Shown: positions 24,496 to 33,685, counted from the stretch's first letter. The stretch is 33,685 bases of DNA from Flavobacteriales bacterium (GCA_020854015.1 JADZGG010000287.1:1-33685), one strand, 5' to 3'. Made by a program: numbers and translations. The notes: generated from the sequence alone by a model not told the origin.

Positions 24496-25697
24496 GCAGA
24501 CCACGCATCGCGATCATTGGAGGAGGTCCGGCAGGGCTCATAGCAGCTGATGTGCTTGCGGATACCTGCGACGTTCACCTCTATGAACAGGCCCGCACCG
24601 TAGGCCGGAAGTTCCTGGTGGCCGGCGAAGGAGGACTGAACATCACCAATCGTGCAGAGGGGGAAGAGTTGCTCGGGCAGTATGTGCCGAAGGACCTCAT
24701 GCGCCCCGTTCTTACAGCCTTTGGGGTAGCGGAACTGCGGACCTGGCTTGCCGAGCTCGGAGTTCCTACGTTCATCGGCACCAGTGGCAGGGTATTCCCC
24801 GAGAAAGGCATCAAACCGGCCGAAGTTCTGAAAGCGATCGTCGATCGGCTTGCCGCGAAAGGGGTTCACCTGCATGTGCAGCACACGTTCGTCGGATTCG
24901 ATGACAACGCGAGACCGATCATCGAACAGGATGGGCAACGTGCGATGATCGAGGTGGACCGCTGTTTGTTCGCTTTGGGTGGAGCTTCCTGGTCGAAGAC
25001 CGGTTCGACCGGAGCCTGGACGGAGCACTTCGATGCACTGGGCGTCCGCACGCTACCGTTCGCGGCCAGCAACTGCGGTGTGGAGCTTGAGATGTCGGAA
25101 GCCCTGAGGGTGCATATCGGCAAGCCGTTGAAGAACATCCGCATTTCGGCAGGTGATCGCTGCGTCAGGGGTGAAGCCACGCTGACCGAGCACGGCCTGG
25201 AAGGGAATGCGGTGTATCCGGTGGTGCCTGCTGTGCGCGAAGCCTTGGCGCGTGGCGAAGAAGCCGCGCTGATCATCGACCTCAAGCCCGATCTGACCGA
25301 AGCTGAACTGGAGCGCAGGTTGTCGGGCGCAGCCTGGCGAGAGCGCATGGCGGCGGTGAAGTTGGACCGTGTTCAGGTGGCGCTTCTCAAGGCCTTCACC
25401 CCGATGCAGAAGTTCATCGATGGCTCAACGCTGATCACGGATGTTAAGCACCTGCGTGTTCCGGTCCGCGGGTTGCGCCCCATCGAAGAGGCCATCAGCA
25501 CGGTCGGCGGTATCCCATGGAACGAATTGAACCAGGACCTCTCATTGAAGCGGTACCCAAAGATCTTCGTCGCAGGCGAGATGGTGGACTGGGACGCACC
25601 GACCGGTGGCTTCCTGTTGCACGGTTGCTTCGCGACAGGATATCATGCGGCTTCAGCCATCCTGAAAGCAGTGATGAACGGCCAGCGGGGAACCTGA
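24492..25697 (+). CDS. NAD(P)/FAD-dependent oxidoreductase of the HI0933/BaiN-like (TIGR03862-like) flavoprotein family.
   Basis: N-terminal dinucleotide fold RIAIIGGGPAGLIAADVLA....V.LYE......RKFLVAGEGGLNITN. C-terminal GGIPWNEL......K....IFVAGEMVDWDAPTGGFLLHGCFATG. Its ATG overlaps the upstream TGA (ATGA), suggesting co-translation with the GT gene. Confidence 0.75.
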   Translation: MSRPRIAIIGGGPAGLIAADVLADTCDVHLYEQARTVGRKFLVAGEGGLNITNRAEGEELLGQYVPKDLMRPVLTAFGVAELRTWLAELGVPTFIGTSGRVFPEKGIKPAEVLKAIVDRLAAKGVHLHVQHTFVGFDDNARPIIEQDGQRAMIEVDRCLFALGGASWSKTGSTGAWTEHFDALGVRTLPFAASNCGVELEMSEALRVHIGKPLKNIRISAGDRCVRGEATLTEHGLEGNAVYPVVPAVREALARGEEAALIIDLKPDLTEAELERRLSGAAWRERMAAVKLDRVQVALLKAFTPMQKFIDGSTLITDVKHLRVPVRGLRPIEEAISTVGGIPWNELNQDLSLKRYPKIFVAGEMVDWDAPTGGFLLHGCFATGYHAASAILKAVMNGQRGT

Positions 25698-25740
25698 ACG
25701 ACCCGCGATGCAAAGGCCTTCGGATCCACGCGGAACTGGA

Positions 25741-26646
25741 TCAGCGCGCCACGACCACACGCTGCCGCAGCTCACCCACGTGCAACACATAGATGCCACC
25801 AGGTAGCTGGCTCACATCAACCCGTGTTCGTGTGCTGCTCGAATTCGTCGCAACGACGGTCCGGCCCTGGAGGTCATGGAGCTGCACTGGGGTCTTGGTC
25901 CATTCACCCGGAAGAACGACCACGAGCTCATCCGAAGAAGGGTTCGGGAACACGGTGAAGGACTGCACATCGGAGCCGTGCTCACCTAGGCGCATTGCCA
26001 ATGCGCAACTTGGACCAGGAGTTGGGAAGTATCCGACCGTATCAAGCCCGAAGCACTCCAAGGTGTAGCCACAGTCGAAGAAGTTGGAGATCGGTTCGAA
26101 GAGCCCATGCATGGATCCGATGCCTTCGACCAAGTAAGGAGACCAACTGTTGGCCAAGGCAAAGCGGTGCCGCCATTCGGTGCCGACCAGGATGCTGTCG
26201 ATGGCCGTTACTGTGATGTCCGAGTTCCAGTTGGTAAATGAAAGGGGCAACGTATCGCCCACGGCCAGGTCGAAGTCGTGCAGCAATGCGTCGGTGCTTC
26301 CGTCCCAATGCCTGAGCGTTCGTCCGTCCTGCCTCGCCAGTCCCATCAGGTAAGGGGTGTAAACGGTTGTGCCTGTGCAGATAGGTGGGGGAGGAGGAGG
26401 TCCACCCTGCCACTGGTAGCTGATTGAACCCGCCCGCATCACCTTCACGTACGTGGTGCCATTGATCACCGAATCGCCGGCCACGTAGTAGTTGTAGGTG
26501 TCGTCAGCAATGCAGTTGCCGGTACCGCCTCCACCTCCGGTGTTGCACAACGAGGTGACGTTCCAGATCGGGTCATTGCCGAGGTAGTCGTTCTGGGCGG
26601 AGAGGGCTATCGGTAAGAGCAGTGCGAGGGATAGAAGGTGCCGCAT
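25741..26646 (-). CDS. Secreted hypothetical protein with a T9SS type A (Por_Secre_tail) C-terminal sorting domain.
   Basis: The ATG at 26646 gives the signal peptide MRHLLSLALLLPIALSAQ. The C-terminus FTVFPNPSSDELVVVLP......VQLHDLQGRTVV.......VDVSQLPGGIYVLHV matches the type A CTD pattern. Contains a GGPPPPPP stretch. Confidence 0.8.
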   Translation of the reverse strand: MRHLLSLALLLPIALSAQNDYLGNDPIWNVTSLCNTGGGGGTGNCIADDTYNYYVAGDSVINGTTYVKVMRAGSISYQWQGGPPPPPPICTGTTVYTPYLMGLARQDGRTLRHWDGSTDALLHDFDLAVGDTLPLSFTNWNSDITVTAIDSILVGTEWRHRFALANSWSPYLVEGIGSMHGLFEPISNFFDCGYTLECFGLDTVGYFPTPGPSCALAMRLGEHGSDVQSFTVFPNPSSDELVVVLPGEWTKTPVQLHDLQGRTVVATNSSSTRTRVDVSQLPGGIYVLHVGELRQRVVVAR

Positions 26647-27041
26647 GGGACAGTGAATTGGTTCTTCAAGGTAGACGTTCGAAACGAGGGCTTTGCTGCC
26701 TGTCTTGAACACCAAGTGTGTTCCAAACGGACACTTGTTTGATGCTGGGACCCGTCCGGATCAGGTTCACTCGTCCGGGCCAGGGATCCACTCGCCGAAA
26801 AGGAGGTGGGTCGGATGAAACGGGATTTTCCACTGCCGATCCGGGATATGTGCTGGACCGTGCCGCCGTTTCTGACGACGAAAGCCCTCTGAAACCCTCG
26901 GTGGACGCTGGACTCGCGTATGTCACGGCGCCTAGTATTGCGCTGTTCGTCGATCGCTCCCCGGTCGATGGACCGGACCGGAACCGAGCTCCGGACCTTG
27001 CCTCTGCTCCTACTACCATCCAATTGAAACCAGCCACAGCC

Positions 27042-30000
27042 ATGCGTCGATCCATCCTGCTTGTCTGGACCGTGCTTTCGGCATTCGGAGTTTGGGCACA
27101 GACCAGCTCTGAACGTGCCGCTGTACAGCTATGGGCCACGGTACAGGCTTCGCCTGCCAGCGTTACCCTGAACTGGACATCGCTTTCGAGCACCACCTCC
27201 ATAACCGTGAAACGGAAGCTCCGCTCCGCCACTTCATGGTCAGCATTGGCCTCTCCAGCAGCGAGCGCCACTCAATACGTGGACAACACCATCGCTGTCG
27301 GCACAGCCTATGAGTATCAGGTGGTACGGGTTTCTGCGGGTGTGACCGGTACTGGTTACATCAACACGGGCGTTCAAGTGCCGGCCGTGGATCAACGAGG
27401 CAAGATCATCCTCTTGGTGGACAACACCATGGCCTCGCCGCTCGCCAACGAGCTGACCCAACTGCAGAAGGACCTGAAAGCCGATGGCTGGGGCGTGTTG
27501 CGTAGCGATGTGAGCCGAACGGCATCCGTTTCCAGTGTCCGCTCTGCGGTGCTGGCTCAGTACAATACGGACCCCGCCAACGTCAAGGCCGTCTTCATCA
27601 TCGGGCATGTGCCTGTCCCATACTCCGGCAACCTGGCCCCGGATGGACACAGCACACACCAAGGCGCATGGCCCTGCGATGCCTATTATGGTGAGTTGAA
27701 CGGAACATGGACGGACAACAGTGTGAATGCCACAGGAGGCTATCCGCTGAACGTGAACGTTCCCGGTGATGGCAAGTTCGACCAGTCCGACCTGCCATCG
27801 GCCATGGAGCTGCAAGTGGGTCGGGTGGACATGAGCGCGATGCCTGCGTTCAGCCTATCGGAGACCGAGCTTCTTCGGGCATACTTGAACAAGGCGCACA
27901 GCTACAAGGTCAAAGGCTATTCACCCACCGTGCGAGGTTTGATGTTCGACAACCTGCAATGGGTGGCGAACCCGCTGGCCGCCAGCGGATGGAGGAGCAT
28001 GGGCCCGCTTGTCGGACCGGCCAACATCTCAGCACCCTACCAGTACGGACCAGCGTTCCACACCATGGTGAACGGCCAGAGCTACCTGTGGACCTATTCC
28101 AGCGGGGGCGGTCTTCAGGCCGTTGCAGGGAACACGCTCACCTTCAACGGGGCCGATAACATCGGGACCACCCAAGATATCGCAGCTGCGGCCGGTGGTT
28201 TCGATGGCGTGTTCAACATGGCCTTTGGCAGCTATTTCGGCGACTGGGACAACACGAACAACTACCTCCGCGCACCCTTGGCCAACGGTGATGCGCTCAC
28301 CAACGTATGGTCCTCCATTCCAGCGTGGTATTTCCACCACATGGGCATGGGTGAACCCATCGGTACCAGCGTGCTGGCCACGATGAACAACACGGGCCTC
28401 TATACGCCCCTCACCGATGGATGGCAAGGGACGATCGGCCGCGTGCACTTGGCGCTCATGGGCGACCCCAGCCTCCGCCAGGGCATGGTGGCCCCTCCAG
28501 GTCCGTTGACCGTCACCAACTCTGGAGGAACGGCACTGTTCAGCTGGTCGGCCTCACCTGATGCCGTACAGGGCTACTACCTCTATGAAGTGAATGCTGC
28601 CGGCGTCAGCACGCGCATCGTTCCCACGCTGATCACGGGCACAACGTATCAGAGCGCCACGATCCCCTATACGTCCGGTCGTGAGTACATGGTGCGTGCG
28701 GTGAAGCTCCAGACCACCAACAGCGGTAGTTATTACGACCTCTCCCTTGGTGTGCTTGCCACGACTGCCGGTGGAGCGGTGACCGATTGCCTCGGCGTCT
28801 CCGGCGGGTCGGCGCTTCCAGGTACCGCCTGCAACGACGGAAACGCATGCACTACCAACGATACCTGGAACTCCAATTGCCAGTGCACGGGTACGAGCAT
28901 TAGTCCCGTGGCGACAATCACCGCTTCGGGTTCCACTTCGTTCTGCACCGGTGGCAGCGTGGCGCTGTACGCGAACACGGGCACTGGCCTCACCTATCAG
29001 TGGCGCAACAACGGCACGAACGTCATCGGTGCCACGGGTACCAGTTACACGGCGACCGCTGCGGGCAGCTACACTGTAGTGGTGAGCACGGGTGGTTGCT
29101 CCACGATATCGGCAGCTACCGTCGTATCGACAGGCGCCGGGCCCACGGCAACCTTCACTGCTTCGGGCACCACCTCTTTCTGTTCGGGTGGAAGTGTGAC
29201 CTTCACGGCCAATACGGGCACGGGCCTGACATACCAGTGGAAGAAGAACGGCGTGAACCTGAGCGGTGCCACCGCCAGCAGCTATACCGCCACCAGCTCT
29301 GGTAGCTACACGGTGGTCGTCACCAGTACCGGTTGCTCCTCCACATCGGCCGCCTCCACCGTCACCGTGGGTGCGGGCCCAGCAGCAACTATCAGCACGA
29401 CCGGTACCACCACATTCTGCTCCGGCGGCAGCGTGACCTTCACGGCGAACACGGGCACGGGCCTGACCTATCAGTGGCGGAAGAACAGTGTCAATATCAG
29501 CGGCGCCACGGCCAGCAGCTACACCGCGACGGCCTCCGGTAGTTACGGTGTGGTGGTGAGCAGTAGCGGTTGTTCCACTGTATCAACAGGAACCACCGTC
29601 ACCGTGAACACAGGCCCCACGGCAACGATCTCCACACCAGGTGGCACCTCCCTTTGCGCAGTGAGCAGCCTTACGCTGAACGCGAACACGGGCACCGGTT
29701 TCACCTACCAATGGAAGAAGAACGCCGTGAACATCAATGGCGCTACCGCGAGCACTTACGCCGCGACCCCCACGGGCAGCTACACTGTCGTGGTGAGCAG
29801 TGGCGGTTGTTCCACGGTATCAGCGTCCACCACGATCACATCCGGAACATCCCTGACGGCCACGATCACGGCCTCGGGCAGCACCTCCTTCTGCTCCGGT
29901 GGAAGTGTGACGCTCGCAGCGAACACGGGCACGGGTCTCACTTATCAGTGGCGCAAGGATGGCGTGAACATCGTGGGTGCAACAGCGAGCACCTATGCGG

Positions 30001-31598
30001 CCACGGCTTCCGGCAACTACAGCGTTGTGCTGAGCAACGGGGGATGCTCGGGCACTTCAGCAGCGACCACGGTGACGGTAGGTGCTGGCCCAGCGGCCAC
30101 GATCACGGCCTCGGGCCCCACTTCCTTCTGCACAGGTGGTAGTGTCACGTTGAACGCCAACGCGGGCACCGGACTCTCCTATCAGTGGAAGAAGAACGGC
30201 ACGAACCTGTCCGGCTCGACAATGGCGAGCTATGTGGCCAACAGCGCAGGCACCTACACCGTGCAGGTGAGCAGTGGTGGTTGTTCCACGGTCTCGGCTG
30301 GTACCGTGGTCTCCATCGGGACCGGGGCTTCGGTCGTGATCGGTACCACGGGATCCACTTCGTTCTGTGCAGGTGGAAGTGTAGCCTTGATCTCAACAGC
30401 TCCAGCGGGATCCACGTGCCAATGGCGCAACAACGGGGTGAACATCAACGGCGCCACAGGCACCAGCCATACGGCCACCACCAGCGGTAGCTACACGCTC
30501 GTCACAGGTAGCGGCGGATGCACCTCGACCTCGAACGGCGTCAACGTCACCGTTGCCGCGGCACCCACCATCAGCTGCTCGGCGAACACCACCACGGGCA
30601 CGGTCTCCGTGACCGCAACAGGTGGAGCGGCCCCCTATAGCTATTCCTGGAACACGTCACCAGCGCAGTACGTCCAATCAGCTGCGGTCTCCACCTCTGG
30701 CACTTACACGGTCACGGTGAGCGGATCGAACGGTTGCTCCACGGTGTGTTCCACAGCGATCACCATGACGGACCCCTGTGCGGGGACGCGGACAGAGACA
30801 CAGGCCACCTGGGGTGCTACGGCGGCCTCGGGCTCTGCTTCCAACTACCTCACGAACAATTTCGCAGCAGCGTTCCCTGCTGGCATCACCATCGGATGCA
30901 CACGTGTGCTCCGCCTGACATCGGCCGCTGCGGTCATCGCCTTCCTGCCTGCCTCGGGTGCTGTGGCCGCGTTGCCCCAGGGAACGCTCACCAACCCCAC
31001 CAGCAGCTACACCAACCAGTTCGCCGGTGAGCTGGTGGCCCTCAAGATCTCCGTAAGGCTTGACGAGCTGAACGCGGCCTTCTCGACCTCCACCGTACTG
31101 CTGAAGGACATGGTGATCAACACCGGGACCTTCACCGGATGGACCGTGCAACAGCTGATCGACGAAGCGGACCGCAAGATCGGCGGATGCACCAGCTACT
31201 ATACCCGTGCTTCGTTGAACTCGGCCCTCATCTCGATCAATACCGGCTATGTCGGCGGTACAACGGCCAGCGGCTACCTCAAGTGCCCCACCGGTACACG
31301 TTCCATGGAAGTGTTTGAAACCGGCGAACCGCTCCCTGCTTTCGCGCTGCGCGTGTTCCCCAACCCGACCAACGGTCCTACCACACTGGAGATCGAACTG
31401 CCGGAAGAGCTGGAGGAATCCTTGATGCTCGAGGTGCGCACCATGCAAGGCGTGCTCGTTCACCAGCAAGTCCTTACGCCCGCAGGTACACTGATGCAGG
31501 TGCAATGGGATGCCACAGGCCGGGCCGCAGGACTTTACATCTGCACAGTGCGTTCCGAGTCCGAAGGGGCTGCTGTGGCCCGCGTGATGGTGCAGTGA
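27042..31598 (+). CDS. 1518-aa T9SS type A cargo. Order of parts: signal peptide; Fn3-like; gingipain/peptidase-C25-like domain; Fn3-like; Cys-rich linker; 7 x 79-aa Ig-like modules; SprB-type repeat; uncharacterised domain; type A CTD.
   Basis: The ATG at 27042 gives MRRSILLVWTVLSAFGVWAQ. C25-like landmarks are KIILLVDN..., AVFIIGHVPVP, CDAYYGELNG, ELQVGRVDM and HLALMGDPSL. The C-terminus is LRVFPNPTNGPTTLEIELP...LEVRTMQGVLV...AAGLYICTV (type A CTD). The 108 stop-free codons upstream (26718..27041) are not protein-like. Confidence 0.85.
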   Translation: MRRSILLVWTVLSAFGVWAQTSSERAAVQLWATVQASPASVTLNWTSLSSTTSITVKRKLRSATSWSALASPAASATQYVDNTIAVGTAYEYQVVRVSAGVTGTGYINTGVQVPAVDQRGKIILLVDNTMASPLANELTQLQKDLKADGWGVLRSDVSRTASVSSVRSAVLAQYNTDPANVKAVFIIGHVPVPYSGNLAPDGHSTHQGAWPCDAYYGELNGTWTDNSVNATGGYPLNVNVPGDGKFDQSDLPSAMELQVGRVDMSAMPAFSLSETELLRAYLNKAHSYKVKGYSPTVRGLMFDNLQWVANPLAASGWRSMGPLVGPANISAPYQYGPAFHTMVNGQSYLWTYSSGGGLQAVAGNTLTFNGADNIGTTQDIAAAAGGFDGVFNMAFGSYFGDWDNTNNYLRAPLANGDALTNVWSSIPAWYFHHMGMGEPIGTSVLATMNNTGLYTPLTDGWQGTIGRVHLALMGDPSLRQGMVAPPGPLTVTNSGGTALFSWSASPDAVQGYYLYEVNAAGVSTRIVPTLITGTTYQSATIPYTSGREYMVRAVKLQTTNSGSYYDLSLGVLATTAGGAVTDCLGVSGGSALPGTACNDGNACTTNDTWNSNCQCTGTSISPVATITASGSTSFCTGGSVALYANTGTGLTYQWRNNGTNVIGATGTSYTATAAGSYTVVVSTGGCSTISAATVVSTGAGPTATFTASGTTSFCSGGSVTFTANTGTGLTYQWKKNGVNLSGATASSYTATSSGSYTVVVTSTGCSSTSAASTVTVGAGPAATISTTGTTTFCSGGSVTFTANTGTGLTYQWRKNSVNISGATASSYTATASGSYGVVVSSSGCSTVSTGTTVTVNTGPTATISTPGGTSLCAVSSLTLNANTGTGFTYQWKKNAVNINGATASTYAATPTGSYTVVVSSGGCSTVSASTTITSGTSLTATITASGSTSFCSGGSVTLAANTGTGLTYQWRKDGVNIVGATASTYAATASGNYSVVLSNGGCSGTSAATTVTVGAGPAATITASGPTSFCTGGSVTLNANAGTGLSYQWKKNGTNLSGSTMASYVANSAGTYTVQVSSGGCSTVSAGTVVSIGTGASVVIGTTGSTSFCAGGSVALISTAPAGSTCQWRNNGVNINGATGTSHTATTSGSYTLVTGSGGCTSTSNGVNVTVAAAPTISCSANTTTGTVSVTATGGAAPYSYSWNTSPAQYVQSAAVSTSGTYTVTVSGSNGCSTVCSTAITMTDPCAGTRTETQATWGATAASGSASNYLTNNFAAAFPAGITIGCTRVLRLTSAAAVIAFLPASGAVAALPQGTLTNPTSSYTNQFAGELVALKISVRLDELNAAFSTSTVLLKDMVINTGTFTGWTVQQLIDEADRKIGGCTSYYTRASLNSALISINTGYVGGTTASGYLKCPTGTRSMEVFETGEPLPAFALRVFPNPTNGPTTLEIELPEELEESLMLEVRTMQGVLVHQQVLTPAGTLMQVQWDATGRAAGLYICTVRSESEGAAVARVMVQ
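28908..30566 (+). repeat. Seven exact-period tandem coding repeats (7 x 237 nt = 7 x 79 aa) of an Ig-like module.
   Basis: Each unit reads approximately ATITASG.TSFC.GGSVTL.ANTGTGLTYQW.KNG.NI.GAT.S.Y.AT.SG.Y.VVVS.GGCS..S....V.VG.GP. The units span aa 623..1175 of the CDS without indels. DNA copies differ mostly at synonymous positions, judged by eye from units 2 and 3 only. Confidence 0.9.
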
Positions 31599-31614
31599 TC
31601 CTTCCTTGTTGCTG

Positions 31615-31647
31615 AGCGCCGGGGTTTCCACGTGGAGCTCCGGCGCT
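31615..31647. terminator. GC-rich stem-loop between convergent genes; candidate bidirectional terminator.
   Basis: AGCGCCGG (31615..31622) pairs with CCGGCGCT (31640..31647). The stem extends inward with G-C/G-U pairs to about 14 bp around a 5-nt loop and is followed by TTAT on the plus strand. It lies between the TGA at 31598 and the radA TAG at 31671. Confidence 0.5.
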
Positions 31648-31670
31648 TATCGTAAAGGCCTTAGGTCCCG

Positions 31671-33074
31671 CTACCCGAACAGGTGTGAAAGCACCTCGTT
31701 CACCTGTCCCACCTGCACCAGCTCAATGCCTTTGGTGGCGGCAATGCCCTTGGTGCCTTTGGGGATGAAGATCCGGCTGAAGCCGAGCTTCTCCGCTTCT
31801 GCGATGCGCTGCTCGGTGCGGGTCACGGGGCGGATCTCACCGCTCAGGCCCACTTCGCCGCAGAACACCGTGTCCATGGGGATGGCGATGTCTGCATTGC
31901 TGCTGAGCACGGCGCACACCACGGCCAGGTCGATCGCGGGCTCCTCCACGCGAAAGCCACCAGCGAGGTTGAGGAACACGTCCTTCTGCCCCAGACGGAA
32001 TCCGCAGCGTTTCTCCAGCACGGCCAGCAGCATGTTCATGCGGCGCAGGTCGAAGCCGGTGGCGCTGCGTTGCGGCGTGCCATAGACCGCACTGCTCACA
32101 AGCGCCTGCACTTCGATCAGCAAGGGACGTTGTCCTTCGAGTGTAGCGCTCACCGCCACGCCGCTGGGGCGTTCACGCCGGTCACCGAGCAATACCTGGC
32201 TCGGATCCTCCACAGCGGCAAGGCCGGTACCATGCATTTCGTAGATGCCCAACTCGTTCGTGCTGCCGAATCGGTTCTTCAAAGGGCGCAAGAGGCGGTA
32301 AGCGTGGTCGCGGTCTCCCTCGAACTGCAGCACGCAGTCCACCATGTGCTCCAGCACCTTCGGTCCGGCGATGAAGCCATCTTTCGTGATGTGGCCGATC
32401 AGCACCATGGGGATGTCGGTGGCTTTCGCGAAGCGCATGAGCTCAGCGGTGCATTCACGCACCTGGCCCACGCTTCCGGGACTCGCCTCCAGGGTCGCGG
32501 TGTGGAGCGTCTGCACGCTGTCGATCACCACCAGTCCCGGCTCCAGCGCCTCGATGTGCTTGAAGATGTTCTGGGTGTTCGTCTCCGTAAGTACGTAGCA
32601 GCCGCCCTCGGGCTTCGGGCCGCGGGCTGCAGGCTTGTTCTCGGCCAAGCCCGTAGCCTCGAGCCGTTCGGCGCGCATCTTCACCTGGTGCTCGCTCTCT
32701 TCACCGGAAACGTAGAGGGTGCGGAGGTGCGGGTTGCGAATAGCGGTCTGCAACAGCAAGGTGCTCTTGCCGATGCCGGGCTCACCGCCGATCAAGGTGA
32801 TGCTACCGGGCACAAGACCGCCGCCGAGCACGCGGCTCAGCTCGCGATCGCTCAGCGGAATGCGCGGGCCGTCCTGCGCGGGAATGTCGCCGATGGCGAT
32901 GGGTTTCGGGTTGCGGCCCTTGATGCTCTGGGGGGTGCCGCTCTTCTCCTCCACACGGTCACGCACCTCTTCCACCAGTGTGTTCCACTGCTTGCATTGC
33001 GTGCATTGCCCGAGCCATTGCGGATAGCTGGTGCCGCAGCTCTGGCAGACGAACTGTGACCTGACCTTAGCCAC
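31671..33074 (-). CDS. radA: DNA repair protein RadA/Sms.
   Basis: N-terminal zinc finger FVCQSCG......W.GQC..C..WNT, Walker [15 protein letters not shown], the KNRFG motif ([17 protein letters not shown]) and a Lon-protease-like C-terminal domain. GTG start at 33074, overlapping the upstream gene by 8 nt. Confidence 0.95.
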   Translation of the reverse strand: MAKVRSQFVCQSCGTSYPQWLGQCTQCKQWNTLVEEVRDRVEEKSGTPQSIKGRNPKPIAIGDIPAQDGPRIPLSDRELSRVLGGGLVPGSITLIGGEPGIGKSTLLLQTAIRNPHLRTLYVSGEESEHQVKMRAERLEATGLAENKPAARGPKPEGGCYVLTETNTQNIFKHIEALEPGLVVIDSVQTLHTATLEASPGSVGQVRECTAELMRFAKATDIPMVLIGHITKDGFIAGPKVLEHMVDCVLQFEGDRDHAYRLLRPLKNRFGSTNELGIYEMHGTGLAAVEDPSQVLLGDRRERPSGVAVSATLEGQRPLLIEVQALVSSAVYGTPQRSATGFDLRRMNMLLAVLEKRCGFRLGQKDVFLNLAGGFRVEEPAIDLAVVCAVLSSNADIAIPMDTVFCGEVGLSGEIRPVTRTEQRIAEAEKLGFSRIFIPKGTKGIAATKGIELVQVGQVNEVLSHLFG

Positions 33075-33570
33075 GGCGGATCTTCTCGACCAATGCGGTG
33101 GTGGAGAAGCCGTCCACGAGCTTGAGGCTGCGCACTTCGCCCCCGCGGGCCTTCACCACGTCGGCGCCCACGATCTGCTCGGGCTTCCAGTCGCCGCCCT
33201 TGGCCACCACGTCGGGTTGCAGGGCAGTGATCAGTTCCAGCGGCGTGTCCTCGTCGAAGATCACCACGGCGTCCACGCAGCGCAGGGCGGCGAGAACCTT
33301 TGCGCGGCTGTCCTGGTCGTTGAGGGGCCGGTCATCGCCTTTGCCGAGGCGGCGCACGGAGGCGTCGCTGTTCACGCCCACCACCAGGCGGTCACCGAGG
33401 GCGGCCGCTTCCGGCAGGTACTCAACGTGCCCGCGGTGCAGGATGTCGAAGCAACCGTTGGTGAACACGATGCGGTCGCTCTTCAGGCGCCACACGTTCA
33501 CCATGCGCACCGCGCTGATGCGATCGAAGATGCGGCGGTCGGTGGTCTCAGGGACGGTGATCGTGCTCAT
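33067..33570 (-). CDS. rfaE2: D-glycero-beta-D-manno-heptose 1-phosphate adenylyltransferase (RfaE domain II / cytidylyltransferase-like).
   Basis: The ATG at 33570 gives MSTITVPE... The nucleotidyltransferase motif is [18 protein letters not shown], followed by LVVGVNSD.S......RP......R...L..L..VD.V..F.E.TP......L.PD...KGGD. About 167 aa, typical for stand-alone RfaE2. Confidence 0.85.
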   Translation of the reverse strand: MSTITVPETTDRRIFDRISAVRMVNVWRLKSDRIVFTNGCFDILHRGHVEYLPEAAALGDRLVVGVNSDASVRRLGKGDDRPLNDQDSRAKVLAALRCVDAVVIFDEDTPLELITALQPDVVAKGGDWKPEQIVGADVVKARGGEVRSLKLVDGFSTTALVEKIRRG

Positions 33571-33685
33571 GCAGAAGGGGAACGTTTCAAGGCCATCAAA
33601 AGTAGCGACAGGCCACCGAGCACGATGATCATCAAGGTCTGCGCGGCCCAGAGCAACCACCCCATGGCCAAGGCGTCTGGGCGGA
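33567..33685 (-). CDS. 3' end of an upstream membrane-protein gene, or alternatively a 33-codon small ORF. Partial at the window edge.
   Basis: The frame is open from the window edge: [38 protein letters not shown]-stop. This is a hydrophobic TM-like segment, and its TGA overlaps the rfaE2 ATG (ATGA), a typical coupled-operon junction. Too short to identify. Confidence 0.35.
   Translation of the reverse strand, partial: RPDALAMGWLLWAAQTLMIIVLGGLSLLLMALKRSPSA

Noticed and set aside
28908-30566. Regular 237-nt periodic repeats that could be mistaken for a CRISPR array or a non-coding satellite.
   Set aside because: The period is a multiple of 3 and the units lie in one long ORF. They encode a conserved Ig-like module and have no unique spacers. 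No cas genes are present.
1-33685. Mobile elements, prophage, a defence island, a diversity-generating retroelement or an invertible-promoter switch associated with the adhesins.
   Set aside because: I recognised no transposase, integrase, recombinase, reverse transcriptase, nuclease/helicase defence signature, flanking inverted repeat or tRNA target. The gene content is housekeeping plus surface proteins.

Overview
GC-rich chromosomal segment (by eye, high-50s % GC) that looks like Bacteroidota. The evidence for that is four genes with type IX secretion (T9SS) C-terminal sorting domains, several lipoprotein signal peptides, and exact TAnnTTTG -7 promoter boxes just upstream of start codons. 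I count about 20 protein-coding genes. Recognisable housekeeping genes are a YafV-like omega-amidase (5' partial), msrC (GAF-type free Met-R-sulfoxide reductase), comF, hemN, a GT4 glycosyltransferase, a HI0933/TIGR03862-like flavoprotein, radA, rfaE2-type heptose-1-P adenylyltransferase, a family-5 ABC substrate-binding lipoprotein and an OmpA-family lipoprotein. About half of the window encodes giant cell-surface proteins. Two are tandem paralogous adhesins ending in the type B (gliding-motility) CTD, at 543..5624 and 5709..10316. The third is a 1518-aa type A CTD protein (27042..31598) with a gingipain/C25-like domain and seven tandem 79-aa Ig-like modules. There is also a 301-aa type A CTD protein and a ~1150-aa putative outer-membrane beta-barrel. 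I saw no rRNA, tRNA, CRISPR array, transposase, integrase, phage or recognisable defence genes, and I cannot point to a clearly novel multi-gene system. The observations most worth a second look are: (1) one in-frame TAA splits the second adhesin gene into a signal-peptide half and a CTD half; (2) neither type B cargo gene has an adjacent PorP/SprF-type partner, and both carry a reelin-subrepeat-like domain; (3) the C25-like domain appears to lack the catalytic His/Cys; (4) an orphan ABC-type binding lipoprotein is divergently paired with the large outer-membrane protein. All homology statements come from motif recognition by eye. No searches were run.
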